Positions 34,915-44,162 of a stretch of DNA of 64,000 bases are shown piece by piece. The translations under genes were made by a program, and so were the position numbers. How positions within the stretch are numbered: position 1 is the stretch's first letter; each line of letters opens with the position of its first letter. Below the pieces are notes generated by a model. That model did not search any database. It saw only the letters and a list, made by a program, of their open reading frames with translations, and was not told the DNA's origin. Origin of the DNA: Nannocystis bainbridge (GTDB taxonomy: Bacteria > Myxococcota_A > Polyangia > Nannocystales > Nannocystaceae); assembly GCF_028368995.1 (NCBI RefSeq), contig NZ_JAQNDL010000001.1, positions 2,336,001-2,400,000 on the forward strand, read 5' to 3'.

Positions 34915-35146
34915 GTCATGACAACGGCGAAGACCCGCTACGAAGGCTCTAAGGACTGGACCGCTCAACTCCAGCGGCCCCGGGTAGCTGTCGCTCAGTC
35001 GCTTCATGGAAGTCACACCGGAATAGCGACAGCTACCCGATGGGCCGCACAGTCAAGAGCGGGCCAGTGAAGCGTGAACGAGCATTTCGCAAGGACGGCG
35101 ATCCACCGCCCGGGTTGCTAGGCTCGGCCTTCGCCGTTGTCATGAC
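34915..35146 (-). ncRNA. retron msr-msd RNA
   Basis: Perfect 18-bp inverted repeat 35129-35146 / 34915-34932 (GTCATGACAACGGCGAAG). Long hairpin 34955-35068 with stems 34981-34995/35025-35039 (15 bp perfect), 34974-34980/35042-35048 and 34955-34966/35057-35068. Lies directly upstream of the RT. Confidence 0.9.
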
Positions 35147-35217
35147 GAAACTGGGTGGTGATGCGCCTCGTGGGAATGAGGGGAGCGACAGGGATTCGAG
35201 CTGGTCCGGAGGACAGG

Positions 35218-36870
35218 TCAGGCCAGCTGGCCCTGCGCTCGGCGGTGCTGGATCCGCAGGGCCAGTATATGCTCACACGGCCCCTTGTACAGTTTATTTT
35301 GCGTGTAGAAGTTGCACGTGCACGACGCGGAAGCGAGCCGCTCGTCGCGGTCGAGCGCGAGCTCGGGCTCGTAGTTGTGTGAGCCGTCGCGGACGCGTCC
35401 GCGCAGCACCAGCCCGCCCTCGCCCGAGGGCAACGCCTGCCGCACGGTCGCCATGTTCTGCTGGACCAGCGTCTGCGCCGCGGCCTCGCGGTCGTTGGCG
35501 AACCGCAGCTTGTCCATCGGCAGCGGGTCGCGGCTGAGCTCGCGGACGCGATAGACCTGCTTGTCGAGGTCGTACATCGCCCGGCCCGCCTGGGTGTACG
35601 CGGCCAGGGCCCCGTAGACCGCCGAGGTGTCGAGGTCGAGCTCGCGCGCGAGCGCCTCGGGGCGGTGGAACCAGTGCTTCTTGAGGCCGTCGAACACGCG
35701 CCGCTTGGTGAACTCGTCGACGGTGGCGCGCGGGGCCATGAGGTCGAAGTTGCCGGCGGTCGACCAGTCGTTGGCGGTCCAGCCGGACAGGCCGAGGGTG
35801 AAGTTCATGTCGCCGAGGTCGGCGATGTAGAACGACGGCAGGCCGGTGCCGAGCAGGTGGACGGTGAACTTCTTGGCCAGCTGGATGAGGCGCTCGAGGA
35901 TGAGGATCCGCCGGCGGCCCCACACGCGGACCTCGTGCTCCTTGTCGCCGCGGAAGATCGAGCGCGGGAACACGACCTCGCGGTTCCACGGCTCGAACAC
36001 GACCTTGACCGGCTGACCGGGCTTGAGGATGTACCGCAGGCTGCGCGGGCCGACCTTCTCCTTGTGACGGCGGAGGATGAAGCACAGGTTGTGCACGTCC
36101 ATCGGGTGGAGGTCGAACGAGATCGTCGGCAGCGTCATCGCCGAGCTGACCTGCAGGAACCCGCGCACCCACGAGTCGGGCAGGTCGATCTTCAGCTCCT
36201 TGAACTCGTCCTCGGCGGTGGTCTGGACCCCGAAGCCCGAAGGGTCGACCGTGAACATCGTCTGCTTGTAGCGGCGGATCTTCTGGAACTCGTCGTAGAG
36301 GGCCGCCGAATAGTCGATGTTGGTGGTCCCGCAGGCGAACTCCTGGACCTTGTTGAACACCTCGTAGCGGGCGCCGAGCCGGCCGTAGGTCGACTCGTCC
36401 TGCGAGAAGCACTCGAAGAAGACCTCGTCCGGGTGGACGGTGATCACCGGGTCGAGCACGAACCAGGCGTCGCGGTCCTTCTGGTACAGGTAATCGAAGT
36501 AGCGCCGCTTGGCGTTGTAGTAGCCCTGCATGCGCGCGCTGCTGGTGCGCTGCAGGGCCGAGAGCTCGTCCTGCATGCGCTTGAGGTCGGCGGCGTTGCG
36601 CGAGCGCTGCAGCGCGACCTGCTGCCAATTGACCTGCTCCTGCTTGGCCAGCCACTCCTTGTATTCGGTCCGGTCCTTGGGCTTGAAGCGCAGGTCGGAC
36701 ACGACGACGTCGTGCAGCGCCGAGATCGCCTCGCGGAACTCGAGGCACTTGCCGAGCTCGCCGACGAAGTAGGTCGGCTCGCGCCGGGTGTCCGGCGAGA
36801 ACGACATGCTGGTCGCCCGCGCCGACGAGTCGACGGCGGTGCTGCCGTGATAGCGGTACTCAAACTCCAC
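35218..36870 (-). CDS. SWIM zinc-finger domain protein (retron-associated)
   Basis: C-terminal ASCTCNFY...GPCEHILAL (CxC-xn-CxH); N-terminal LDPVITVHPDEVFFECFSQDESTY and LPDSWVRGFLQV; start overlaps the end of the WGR gene. Confidence 0.88.
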   Translation of the reverse strand: MEFEYRYHGSTAVDSSARATSMSFSPDTRREPTYFVGELGKCLEFREAISALHDVVVSDLRFKPKDRTEYKEWLAKQEQVNWQQVALQRSRNAADLKRMQDELSALQRTSSARMQGYYNAKRRYFDYLYQKDRDAWFVLDPVITVHPDEVFFECFSQDESTYGRLGARYEVFNKVQEFACGTTNIDYSAALYDEFQKIRRYKQTMFTVDPSGFGVQTTAEDEFKELKIDLPDSWVRGFLQVSSAMTLPTISFDLHPMDVHNLCFILRRHKEKVGPRSLRYILKPGQPVKVVFEPWNREVVFPRSIFRGDKEHEVRVWGRRRILILERLIQLAKKFTVHLLGTGLPSFYIADLGDMNFTLGLSGWTANDWSTAGNFDLMAPRATVDEFTKRRVFDGLKKHWFHRPEALARELDLDTSAVYGALAAYTQAGRAMYDLDKQVYRVRELSRDPLPMDKLRFANDREAAAQTLVQQNMATVRQALPSGEGGLVLRGRVRDGSHNYEPELALDRDERLASASCTCNFYTQNKLYKGPCEHILALRIQHRRAQGQLA

Positions 36871-39800
36871 GCTGCACCTGTCCCTTCGTCCGCACCGGCG
36901 GCTGACGGATCTCGATCGGCAACGGCACGTCGCCGAAGCGCTGGCGGACCCCGACCATGGCGATCACGCTGGCCGCCCGGTCGCCGATCGCCATCGTCAA
37001 GCTCTGGCGGGTCATCAGCGCGGCGACCAATTGCGCGGCCTCGGGGCTCTTCTCCGCCTCGGCCGTCAGGAACCGGAACACCCGCGCCTTGGCGATCCGG
37101 CCGCGGTTGACCCGCGACAGCACGCCGAGGAAGTACGGCTCGAGCTCGCGCAGGCGCTCGATCGAGCCGGCCGCGTATTGCTCGAGGTAGTTGGTGGCGA
37201 ACAGCTGCACGTCGGCCGACGGGTGCTCGCTGAGGCGGCGCAGGTAGTCGAGGCCGTGCTCCTCGCGGAAGCAGCGGGTGATCATCTCGCGCCCGAACGC
37301 CTGCACGTCGGCGCGCACCGAGTCGGCGATCGCCACCAGCACGTCGGGCGGGAAGTCGGCCGGCTGCAGGCGCTCGCGGAAGAACTCGAAGGCGAACGCG
37401 CGCGAGTCGTCCCACTTGGCGTCGAGGATCCGGATCGCGTGCGGCAGCTCGCGCCCGATCCGCGCGACGTTGCGGTCGAAGAAGCTCCACGCCGCCTGGC
37501 GCACCGAGAGGATCTCGTGGCTGGCCAGGCGCGCGACCTCGGCGACGTCGAGGCTGTCGGGGTCGACGTTGCGCGCCAGCAAGATCCCGCCGAGCTCCTG
37601 CGCCGCGGAGGCCTTGGCCCGCAGGAGGCGCATGACGAGCTCCTTGTCGACGGAACCGAGGCCCTGCTCGAGGTCGCTCTTGAGCAGGCGCAAGACGAAG
37701 CTGTGCACGCCCTCGTGGGTCTCCTTGACCAACAGCGTGCCGATCAGCGGGGCCACGATCGCGGCGGCGAACCGCGGGTCGCGGGCGGCCAGGCGCTGGA
37801 CCACCGGGCGGATCGCGTCGCGCTGGTCGACGTGGGCCGAGGTCAGGAAGGCCAGCATCAGCCCACCGCGGTCGACGAGCACGCTGTCGGGCAGCTCGCC
37901 GAACAATCTGATGCCGAGGCTGCGCACCGCGGCGTGCTTGCTCTCGACCGCGAGCGCGGCGATGAGCTGCTCGGGCAGGTCCTCGGGGCGCGTGTCGTGG
38001 TTGAGCAGGATGTTGGCCGCCAGCAGCTGCGCCCCCTCGAGCGGGTGGGCGACCAGGTCGACGACGACGTTGAGGCCGACGCCGCGCAGCGGCCGGGCGA
38101 ACGCCCGCATCAGCGTCTCGCCCACGTCGGCCGCGATCGCGTCGGCGTCCGGCGTGGCCGGTAGCGCCAGCACGCCGGCCACGGCCCGGGCGATCAGCGT
38201 CGACGCGGCCGCGGCCGCCAGCGGCACGCCCTGCAGCAGCACGCGGGCGTAGGCGCGGGTGTCGGCGTGGGCCGAGAACAGCAGCGCGAGCACCAGGTCG
38301 TGGGCCCCGGCGAAGCGGGCCCGGTCGGCGTCGATCCACCCGTGGGCCAGCTTGCGCGCGGCCGGGACGGCGCAGCTCGCCACCGCGGCGACGAGCGCGA
38401 GGTCGGGGTTGTCGGCGTCGTAGCGGGCCCGGGCCAGCTCGAAGCCGAGCTGCGCGGTGACCTCGAACGGCCGCTCGAGCAGCATGACGATGCCGTCGAC
38501 GTCGAGCTGGGTCAGGAAGTCCTTGTTGTCGCGGATCGCCCTGACCGCAAATTCATGTACCAAAGTACATGTGCTTTCGGACAGGAGGTGCATGAGGCCG
38601 AACGGGACCTGGTCCCAGACCTTCGGGAACGCCTCCTCGCGGCTGGCGGGGGCCGGGTCGCCGGGCTTGTAGTTGGCGCGGCAGCGCCAGGTGGCGCCGC
38701 GCACCCGCGGCTCGTAGCGCGGGCTGTTGCCGCCGTAGAGGATGGCGTTGAAGGCGTGGTAGGCGGCGAACCGGTCCCAGCGGGTGACCTTGTTCTTGCG
38801 CGTGCTGTAGCTGTAGCGCGTGGCCGTCTTGACCTCCTGGCCGTCGGCGTCGGAAAACGGCAGCAGCACGCCGACCGCCAGCTTGACGTAGCCCATCGCG
38901 TCGCCGGCCTCGGCCAGGCGCCGCAGCGAGCGGAAGGCCCGGCGGCGCAGGTAGTCGCGGGTCTTGCTCGAGTAGGCCAGGCGCGAGTCGGGCCGCTTCA
39001 GCTCCTTGCTGACGTCGGTCCAGCGGCCGCCGCCGAGGAAGATGGTGCGGCGCGCACCGAAGGCCGCCGGGGTCTTTTCGATGCGATAGGCGATGAGGCC
39101 GAACACCTCGGCGTCGCCGCGGACCTCGGCCATCTTGAGCAGGTGGCGGACGTGACGGAAGTTGCCGACCTGCAGGGGGATCGTGCGCAGGCCGGCGAGC
39201 AGGCCCGGGCGCACGGTGTCGTCGTCGATGCGATAGATGTCCTCGAGCGCGGCGCTGTCGCCGGCGGCCAGGGCGGCCAGCAGCACGGCGGTGAACGCCT
39301 CCGGATCGCCCCTGCCGGCGAACTCGCGCAGCGCGGGCGGCAGAGCGGCGCGCGCCCGCGCGGCCACGGCCTCGCGCAGCTCGTCGCTCCAGCCGCGCAG
39401 CATCTCGAGCTGCATGCGCATCACCATGTCGCTCTTGCTCGCCCGCGGGATGAACAGCTTCAGCGCCTCGTCGAGGCTGCTGGGCTGCAGGCCAGGTTCG
39501 TTGCGGGCCCGCGCGAGCGCGGTGAAGGTGTCGGCGCCGCCGCAGCGGGCCAGAGCCCAGGCGATGCAGTAGTCGAGCATTTGATCGCCGGAGCCGATCA
39601 GGCGGATGAGGTGCGGCACGGCCTCGCGCAGGCGGTACTCGCCGGCCCGCCAGACCACCCGCGCCGGCTTCCACGGCTTGCGCCCGCCGCCGCCCTGCAA
39701 ACGGGCGAGGATCGCCTCGGCCGGGGTGGTGTAGGCGGGGCTGGCCTTTCGGCCAGGTGCCGCCGCGGCCGTCTCGCTCGGCGCGCCGCCCAGCGTGCGC

Positions 39801-40057
39801 CCGACCGCCGCCGCCTCGTTCGACTCGGTGTAGCCCTTGCGCTGCTTCTCGTCGACGAGCTTGGCGAACACCGAGCGCGCGGTGGCCTCGGCGACGGGGG
39901 CTTCGGTCTTGGTGCCGTCCTTCAGCGGCGCGCCGCGGCGGCCGAACTGGAAGTTGACGACGAACTTGCCCTTGCTCACCTCGCACAGGTCGACGATGTA
40001 GACCTTGTCGGAGGAGCCTTCGCGCAGGCCGAGGGAGACGCGTCGGATCAACTTCAC
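36860..40057 (-). CDS. WGR-domain protein with long HEAT/ARM-like helical region (retron-associated), about 1065 aa
   Basis: GTG 40057 after GGGAG; EGSSDKVY...VNFQFGRRG...GTKT...FAKLVDEKQRKGY is a WGR domain; the rest is a helical repeat pattern. The ORF-track extension to 41137 overlaps an opposite-strand gene. Confidence 0.87.
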   Translation of the reverse strand: MKLIRRVSLGLREGSSDKVYIVDLCEVSKGKFVVNFQFGRRGAPLKDGTKTEAPVAEATARSVFAKLVDEKQRKGYTESNEAAAVGRTLGGAPSETAAAAPGRKASPAYTTPAEAILARLQGGGGRKPWKPARVVWRAGEYRLREAVPHLIRLIGSGDQMLDYCIAWALARCGGADTFTALARARNEPGLQPSSLDEALKLFIPRASKSDMVMRMQLEMLRGWSDELREAVAARARAALPPALREFAGRGDPEAFTAVLLAALAAGDSAALEDIYRIDDDTVRPGLLAGLRTIPLQVGNFRHVRHLLKMAEVRGDAEVFGLIAYRIEKTPAAFGARRTIFLGGGRWTDVSKELKRPDSRLAYSSKTRDYLRRRAFRSLRRLAEAGDAMGYVKLAVGVLLPFSDADGQEVKTATRYSYSTRKNKVTRWDRFAAYHAFNAILYGGNSPRYEPRVRGATWRCRANYKPGDPAPASREEAFPKVWDQVPFGLMHLLSESTCTLVHEFAVRAIRDNKDFLTQLDVDGIVMLLERPFEVTAQLGFELARARYDADNPDLALVAAVASCAVPAARKLAHGWIDADRARFAGAHDLVLALLFSAHADTRAYARVLLQGVPLAAAAASTLIARAVAGVLALPATPDADAIAADVGETLMRAFARPLRGVGLNVVVDLVAHPLEGAQLLAANILLNHDTRPEDLPEQLIAALAVESKHAAVRSLGIRLFGELPDSVLVDRGGLMLAFLTSAHVDQRDAIRPVVQRLAARDPRFAAAIVAPLIGTLLVKETHEGVHSFVLRLLKSDLEQGLGSVDKELVMRLLRAKASAAQELGGILLARNVDPDSLDVAEVARLASHEILSVRQAAWSFFDRNVARIGRELPHAIRILDAKWDDSRAFAFEFFRERLQPADFPPDVLVAIADSVRADVQAFGREMITRCFREEHGLDYLRRLSEHPSADVQLFATNYLEQYAAGSIERLRELEPYFLGVLSRVNRGRIAKARVFRFLTAEAEKSPEAAQLVAALMTRQSLTMAIGDRAASVIAMVGVRQRFGDVPLPIEIRQPPVRTKGQVQRGV

Positions 40058-40244
40058 GGCACTCCCGCTATAGCCCCGACCGGCTTGCACCTGCAAGCAG
40101 GTGCGAGCGCCGTCCGGGATCACGCGCCGGCCCGAGGCGCGGGGCCGCCCACCCGCGCGTGACCGCCGGCCCGGCCGCCCCGCGGTCCTCTTCGTGGTCC
40201 CGGACGGTACTCGCCGCCGCCCCGGCCTGATACAGTCGCAGGCG

Positions 40245-41855
40245 ATGTCGCGCCTCCGCCTCGCGTCCATCGTGGCGCTCGTCCTGCTGCCCGGGTGCGC
40301 CGACGACCCGGCCAGCGGCACCGAGTCCCTGCCCTCGTCGACCGGCACCAGCGGCGACCCCTCAAGCTCGACCACGACGGACACCGAGGCCGCGCCGACG
40401 ACCTCGACCGGCTCGTCGACGACCGGCGACGAGGAGCCCGCGCTCGCCCCCGCCCGGGGGATCCGCCTGACCCGCGCGACCCTCAACCAGGGCGTGCAGG
40501 TCGAGCTGGTGCGCGACGGCGTCGAGGTGCCGAGCAGCGAGCTCGGAGCGCGGCTGCTGGCCGGGCGCAAGGCGGTGATGCGCGCCGACTGGCTGCTGCA
40601 CGCCGGCTTCGCGCCGCGCGAGATCGTCGGCCGCCTGACCCTCTGGACCCCCGACGGCGAGACCCGCGTCGACGACTTCAAGGTGATGGTGAGCGGGCCG
40701 AGCAACGACGGCGACCTGTTCACGACCTTCTCGTGGGAGCTGCCGGCGGCGTTGGTCGGGCCGGGCCTGCAGTACCGCATCGAGGCGCTCGAGCCCGATC
40801 CGTCGCTGGCCACCGGCGAGGTCAGCGACCCGCCGCCGATCCTGCCGCTGGCCGGCCGCGGGACGCTGCAGATCGAGGACGCGGCGATGGAGATCAAGGT
40901 CGAGCTGGTGCCGCTGAAGCACGTCATCGACGGCATGACGTGCACGCCGACGATCACCGACGCGGACCTCGAGGCGATGCGGGTGTGGCTCGAGCAGCAC
41001 AACCCGATCCAGCGCGCGGTGCTGACGGTGCACGAGCCGTGGGAGTACACGGCGACGATCGGCGCCGAGCCCAACGGGTTCGTGCCGATCCTGAGCAAGC
41101 TGAGCGAGCTGCGAGCCGCCGACGCGCCGGCCGACAACGTCTATTACTACGGCCTGATCGAGAGCTGCGACGGCTACCCGCCGGGGCTGCTGGGCCAGGC
41201 GGCGGGCATCCCCGACCAGGCGACGCCCGGCTATGCGTATCAGCGATTGGCGGTCGGTCGCTATCAATCGTCAGGGGCCGGCGCGCGCGACACGTTCGTG
41301 CACGAGGTCGGCCACACGCAGGGCCTCTATCACATCCGCTGCAGCGGCGGCGAAGCCGGGGTCGACCTCGACTACCCCTACCCCAACGGACGCATCGGTC
41401 GCTGGGGCTATGGGATCCACGACACCGGCATGCGCTCGCCGACGAGCTTCCGCGATTACATGAGCTACTGCTCGCAATCGTGGGTGTCGGACTTCGGGTG
41501 GGAGAAGACTTTTAATAATATTCGCGAGCTGACCTCGTGGGACGCGGGCGGCGCTCCGATCGATCCGTCGGCGCAGCCGATCGTGGTCGGCACGCTGATG
41601 AAGGACGGCAAGTCCCGCTGGTACACGACCACGGGGACCGTGCCGCTGCGCGGGCGGGCCGAGGACACCTTCGTCGAGTTCGCGGTCGACGGCGAGACGG
41701 CGCGCGAGCCGGCGGCGGCGCTGGAGATCCCCGACAGCGAGGCGACGCTGGTGGTCGCGGCCCTGCCGGCGGGGACTTTGAGCGGCCTGTCCTTCAGGAC
41801 AGGCGGCAAGCTGCGCGCGGCGGTCGGCGCCAGCCAGGTCGTGCGTCTGCACTGA
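40245..41855 (+). CDS. zinc metallopeptidase lipoprotein (metzincin, M66-like)
   Basis: Lipobox LLPGC; HEVGHTQGLYH (HExxHxxGxxH); DYMSYC Met-turn. Confidence 0.85.
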   Translation: MSRLRLASIVALVLLPGCADDPASGTESLPSSTGTSGDPSSSTTTDTEAAPTTSTGSSTTGDEEPALAPARGIRLTRATLNQGVQVELVRDGVEVPSSELGARLLAGRKAVMRADWLLHAGFAPREIVGRLTLWTPDGETRVDDFKVMVSGPSNDGDLFTTFSWELPAALVGPGLQYRIEALEPDPSLATGEVSDPPPILPLAGRGTLQIEDAAMEIKVELVPLKHVIDGMTCTPTITDADLEAMRVWLEQHNPIQRAVLTVHEPWEYTATIGAEPNGFVPILSKLSELRAADAPADNVYYYGLIESCDGYPPGLLGQAAGIPDQATPGYAYQRLAVGRYQSSGAGARDTFVHEVGHTQGLYHIRCSGGEAGVDLDYPYPNGRIGRWGYGIHDTGMRSPTSFRDYMSYCSQSWVSDFGWEKTFNNIRELTSWDAGGAPIDPSAQPIVVGTLMKDGKSRWYTTTGTVPLRGRAEDTFVEFAVDGETAREPAAALEIPDSEATLVVAALPAGTLSGLSFRTGGKLRAAVGASQVVRLH

Positions 41856-42445
41856 GCGCGGCTCGGCGAGCGCGGCCACGCGACGGCGACGGCGAGACGA
41901 CGCCGACCGGCACGACGACGACGTCCGGCTCGGACGCGACGACCGATCCGGAGATCGAGCCGGAGACCGAGCCGACCCCGTGCGCGGGCGAGGCGACGCC
42001 GATCGACGCCGCGGCGATCGCCTTCCTCGTGGTGCCAACCTTCCCGGTGCCGTGCGAAGGCAACACCGGCACCGGCTGCTGGGAGGGTCCGCCGGCCGAT
42101 TCGCTGACGGTGCACCTCTCCAGCGAGCCCTACGTGTGCGGCGAGCCGTTCGAGCACCCGCCCTGCGGCAACTGGGACCTCGCCTTCTCGATCCCGCCCG
42201 AGCTCCAGTCCCCGGGCGTCTATCACCTCAGCGGCCCCGCGATCGTCGGCCAGGCCATCGAGGTCGACGCCGAGCCGGTCGACGGCGCGTGCGAGACCCG
42301 CTGGGAGACCTTCCACGCCACGCTCGAGATCCTGGCGGTCGACGAGACCGGCGTCACCGGTCGCCTGTGCCACGTCGACTCGCCGCTCTACGCCGACGAC
42401 GACATCGACCTCGAGGGCAGCTTCTTCGCCCCGCGCTGCGAGTAG
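41852..42445 (+). CDS. hypothetical Thr-rich, Cys-containing protein, apparently lacking start/signal peptide (possible 5'-truncated gene)
   Basis: Gene-like codon usage from about 41880 to TAG 42445, but no canonical in-frame start between the upstream stop and the Thr-rich linker. Confidence 0.45.
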   Translation: MSAARRARPRDGDGETTPTGTTTTSGSDATTDPEIEPETEPTPCAGEATPIDAAAIAFLVVPTFPVPCEGNTGTGCWEGPPADSLTVHLSSEPYVCGEPFEHPPCGNWDLAFSIPPELQSPGVYHLSGPAIVGQAIEVDAEPVDGACETRWETFHATLEILAVDETGVTGRLCHVDSPLYADDDIDLEGSFFAPRCE

Positions 42446-42462
42446 CCGCCGCTGTCTCTTCG

Positions 42463-42540
42463 GACATGGCTTTCAGGGCATGTTCGCAAGGACATGCTCT
42501 CGCGGGCATGTCCCGGGCGACATGCCCCGGGGGACATGCC
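42463..42540. repeat. 14-bp-period motif array (6 units) filling the gap between convergent genes
   Basis: GACATGGC 42463, GGCATGTT 42477, GACATGCT 42491, GGCATGTC 42505, GACATGCC 42519, GACATGCC 42533. Confidence 0.88.
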
Positions 42541-42542
42541 CG

Positions 42543-44042
42543 CTACGGCCGGAACAGGCCGACCCAGCTCTGCTGCTCGCCGGCGACCACCAGCACGCCG
42601 CCGACGTAGGCGGTCCCGTCGGCGCCGACGGCCGTGTCGTAGGTGACCACGTCGGGCGGCAGCAGGTCGGGGCTGGGGGCGCGGTGGCGGACCTGACAGC
42701 GGACCTCGGCGTCGCCGCCGAGGCGGGCGATCCATGCCTCGCGCCACTCGAGCTGGGCGACCTTGTCCTTGACGCGCATGCTGCCGGCCAGCACCGCCTC
42801 GCCGTCGGGCGTGAAGCCGGCGCCGTCGAGCTGCCACTGGTCGCCGTCAGTCTCGTAGTCGGCCCGCGAGCGCTCCCACAGCAGCTCGTTGTCGGGGCCG
42901 AGCTTGTAGACCCAAAAGTTGGACACCGCGCCCTGCAGGCGCACGGCGGTGTAGAGCACGTCGCCGGCGCCGTCGACCGCGACCCAGCCAGGACCGTGGT
43001 TGTGCACGCTGCCGTCGGCCAGCGGCGAGAACACCCACTCGGCCGGCCCGCCGTCGGCCGCGAACTTGAGCAGCACCGCCTCGCCGATGTTGTAGTCGAC
43101 GTACTCGCGGGCGCCGACGTAGATCGAGCCGTCGCCCGCGACGGCTATCCGCCCGGCGTCGTCGTTGGAGAACATGCCGTTGCCCGCGCCGCTCCACACG
43201 GTCGACCACACCTCGGCGCCGTCGCCCGCGGCCAGCTTGCCGACCCACACGTCAGCGCCGCCGGGCCCGTCGGTGACCTCGCCGGCGATCACCACGTCGC
43301 CGTCAGGCGCCAGCGCGATGCCGCTGGCGCTGTCGTCGCTCATCGGCTCGGCGCCGTCCTTGTCCATGGTCCAGAGCACGTGGCCGTCGGCGCCATCGAG
43401 CTTGATGGCGCGGATGTCGTCCTCGTCGGCGCCAGCGACCGTGGCGGCGACGTAGACGTGACCGTCGGCGTCGACCACCCCGTCGACCGGCGTGAGCCGG
43501 ACGTCGGCTGGGGCGAGCAGCACGTCCCACGCGAGCTGAGCGTCTGGCCCGTAGCGGAGCACCCGGGTGCGCGCGAGGCCGATCGTCTGCATGCCCTCCT
43601 CGTCGCTGGTGATCTCCCGCTGGCGAGCGATCGCCACGAAGCTGCCGTCAGGGGCCGGCGCGACCGCGACCACCCACAGCTCGGACTCGGCCGAGGGCGC
43701 GAGGGCGACGACCTCGCCGGCGCGCCCGCAGGGGATCCTGCAAGCGCTGTCGCAGCCGTCACCATCGTCAGTGTTGCCGTCGTCGCACTCTTCGCTGGCC
43801 TCGAGGTAGCCGTTGCCGCACACGGGCACGGGCGGGTCGAAGCCAGGATCGCCGCTGCTGGTGCTGCTGTCCGGCTCACCGGTGGTGGTCGGCGCGGTGG
43901 TGGCAGTCGACGTGCTCGTGCCCGCGCCCGTGCTGGTCGCGGTGGTGCTGCCGTCGTCGGTCGAACTCGCGGTGGTCGCCGCGGGATCGTTGCAGGCGCA
44001 GAACAGCGCGAGGAGGGCCCCGAAGCGGCGCGTATCGAGCAT
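42543..44042 (-). CDS. lipoprotein with myxobacterial Cys-rich repeat (DUF4215-like) and beta-propeller domain
   Basis: Lipobox LFCAC; CGNGYLEASEECDDGNTDDGDGCDSAC; repeated DG.V.W beta-blades. Confidence 0.82.
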   Translation of the reverse strand: MLDTRRFGALLALFCACNDPAATTASSTDDGSTTATSTGAGTSTSTATTAPTTTGEPDSSTSSGDPGFDPPVPVCGNGYLEASEECDDGNTDDGDGCDSACRIPCGRAGEVVALAPSAESELWVVAVAPAPDGSFVAIARQREITSDEEGMQTIGLARTRVLRYGPDAQLAWDVLLAPADVRLTPVDGVVDADGHVYVAATVAGADEDDIRAIKLDGADGHVLWTMDKDGAEPMSDDSASGIALAPDGDVVIAGEVTDGPGGADVWVGKLAAGDGAEVWSTVWSGAGNGMFSNDDAGRIAVAGDGSIYVGAREYVDYNIGEAVLLKFAADGGPAEWVFSPLADGSVHNHGPGWVAVDGAGDVLYTAVRLQGAVSNFWVYKLGPDNELLWERSRADYETDGDQWQLDGAGFTPDGEAVLAGSMRVKDKVAQLEWREAWIARLGGDAEVRCQVRHRAPSPDLLPPDVVTYDTAVGADGTAYVGGVLVVAGEQQSWVGLFRP

Positions 44043-44162
44043 CGCGGTCAGGATGCCGCAGCCCCGCGCTCCCGCGCAACCCGAGCGGCTGCCTCCGTGC
44101 GCGACCCGGCGCGTGGTGCCTCGCGGGGCGGCCGGCTATCGTCGACGCGAAAGGAGGGTCCC

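Noticed and set aside
35040-35537. Plus-strand ORFs over the retron ncRNA and SWIM gene end
   Set aside because: No motifs; the region is better explained by the msr-msd structure and the minus-strand SWIM gene.
40058-41137. 360-aa N-terminal extension of the WGR protein given in the ORF track
   Set aside because: It overlaps the opposite-strand metallopeptidase; the WGR domain begins right at GTG 40057, which has an RBS.
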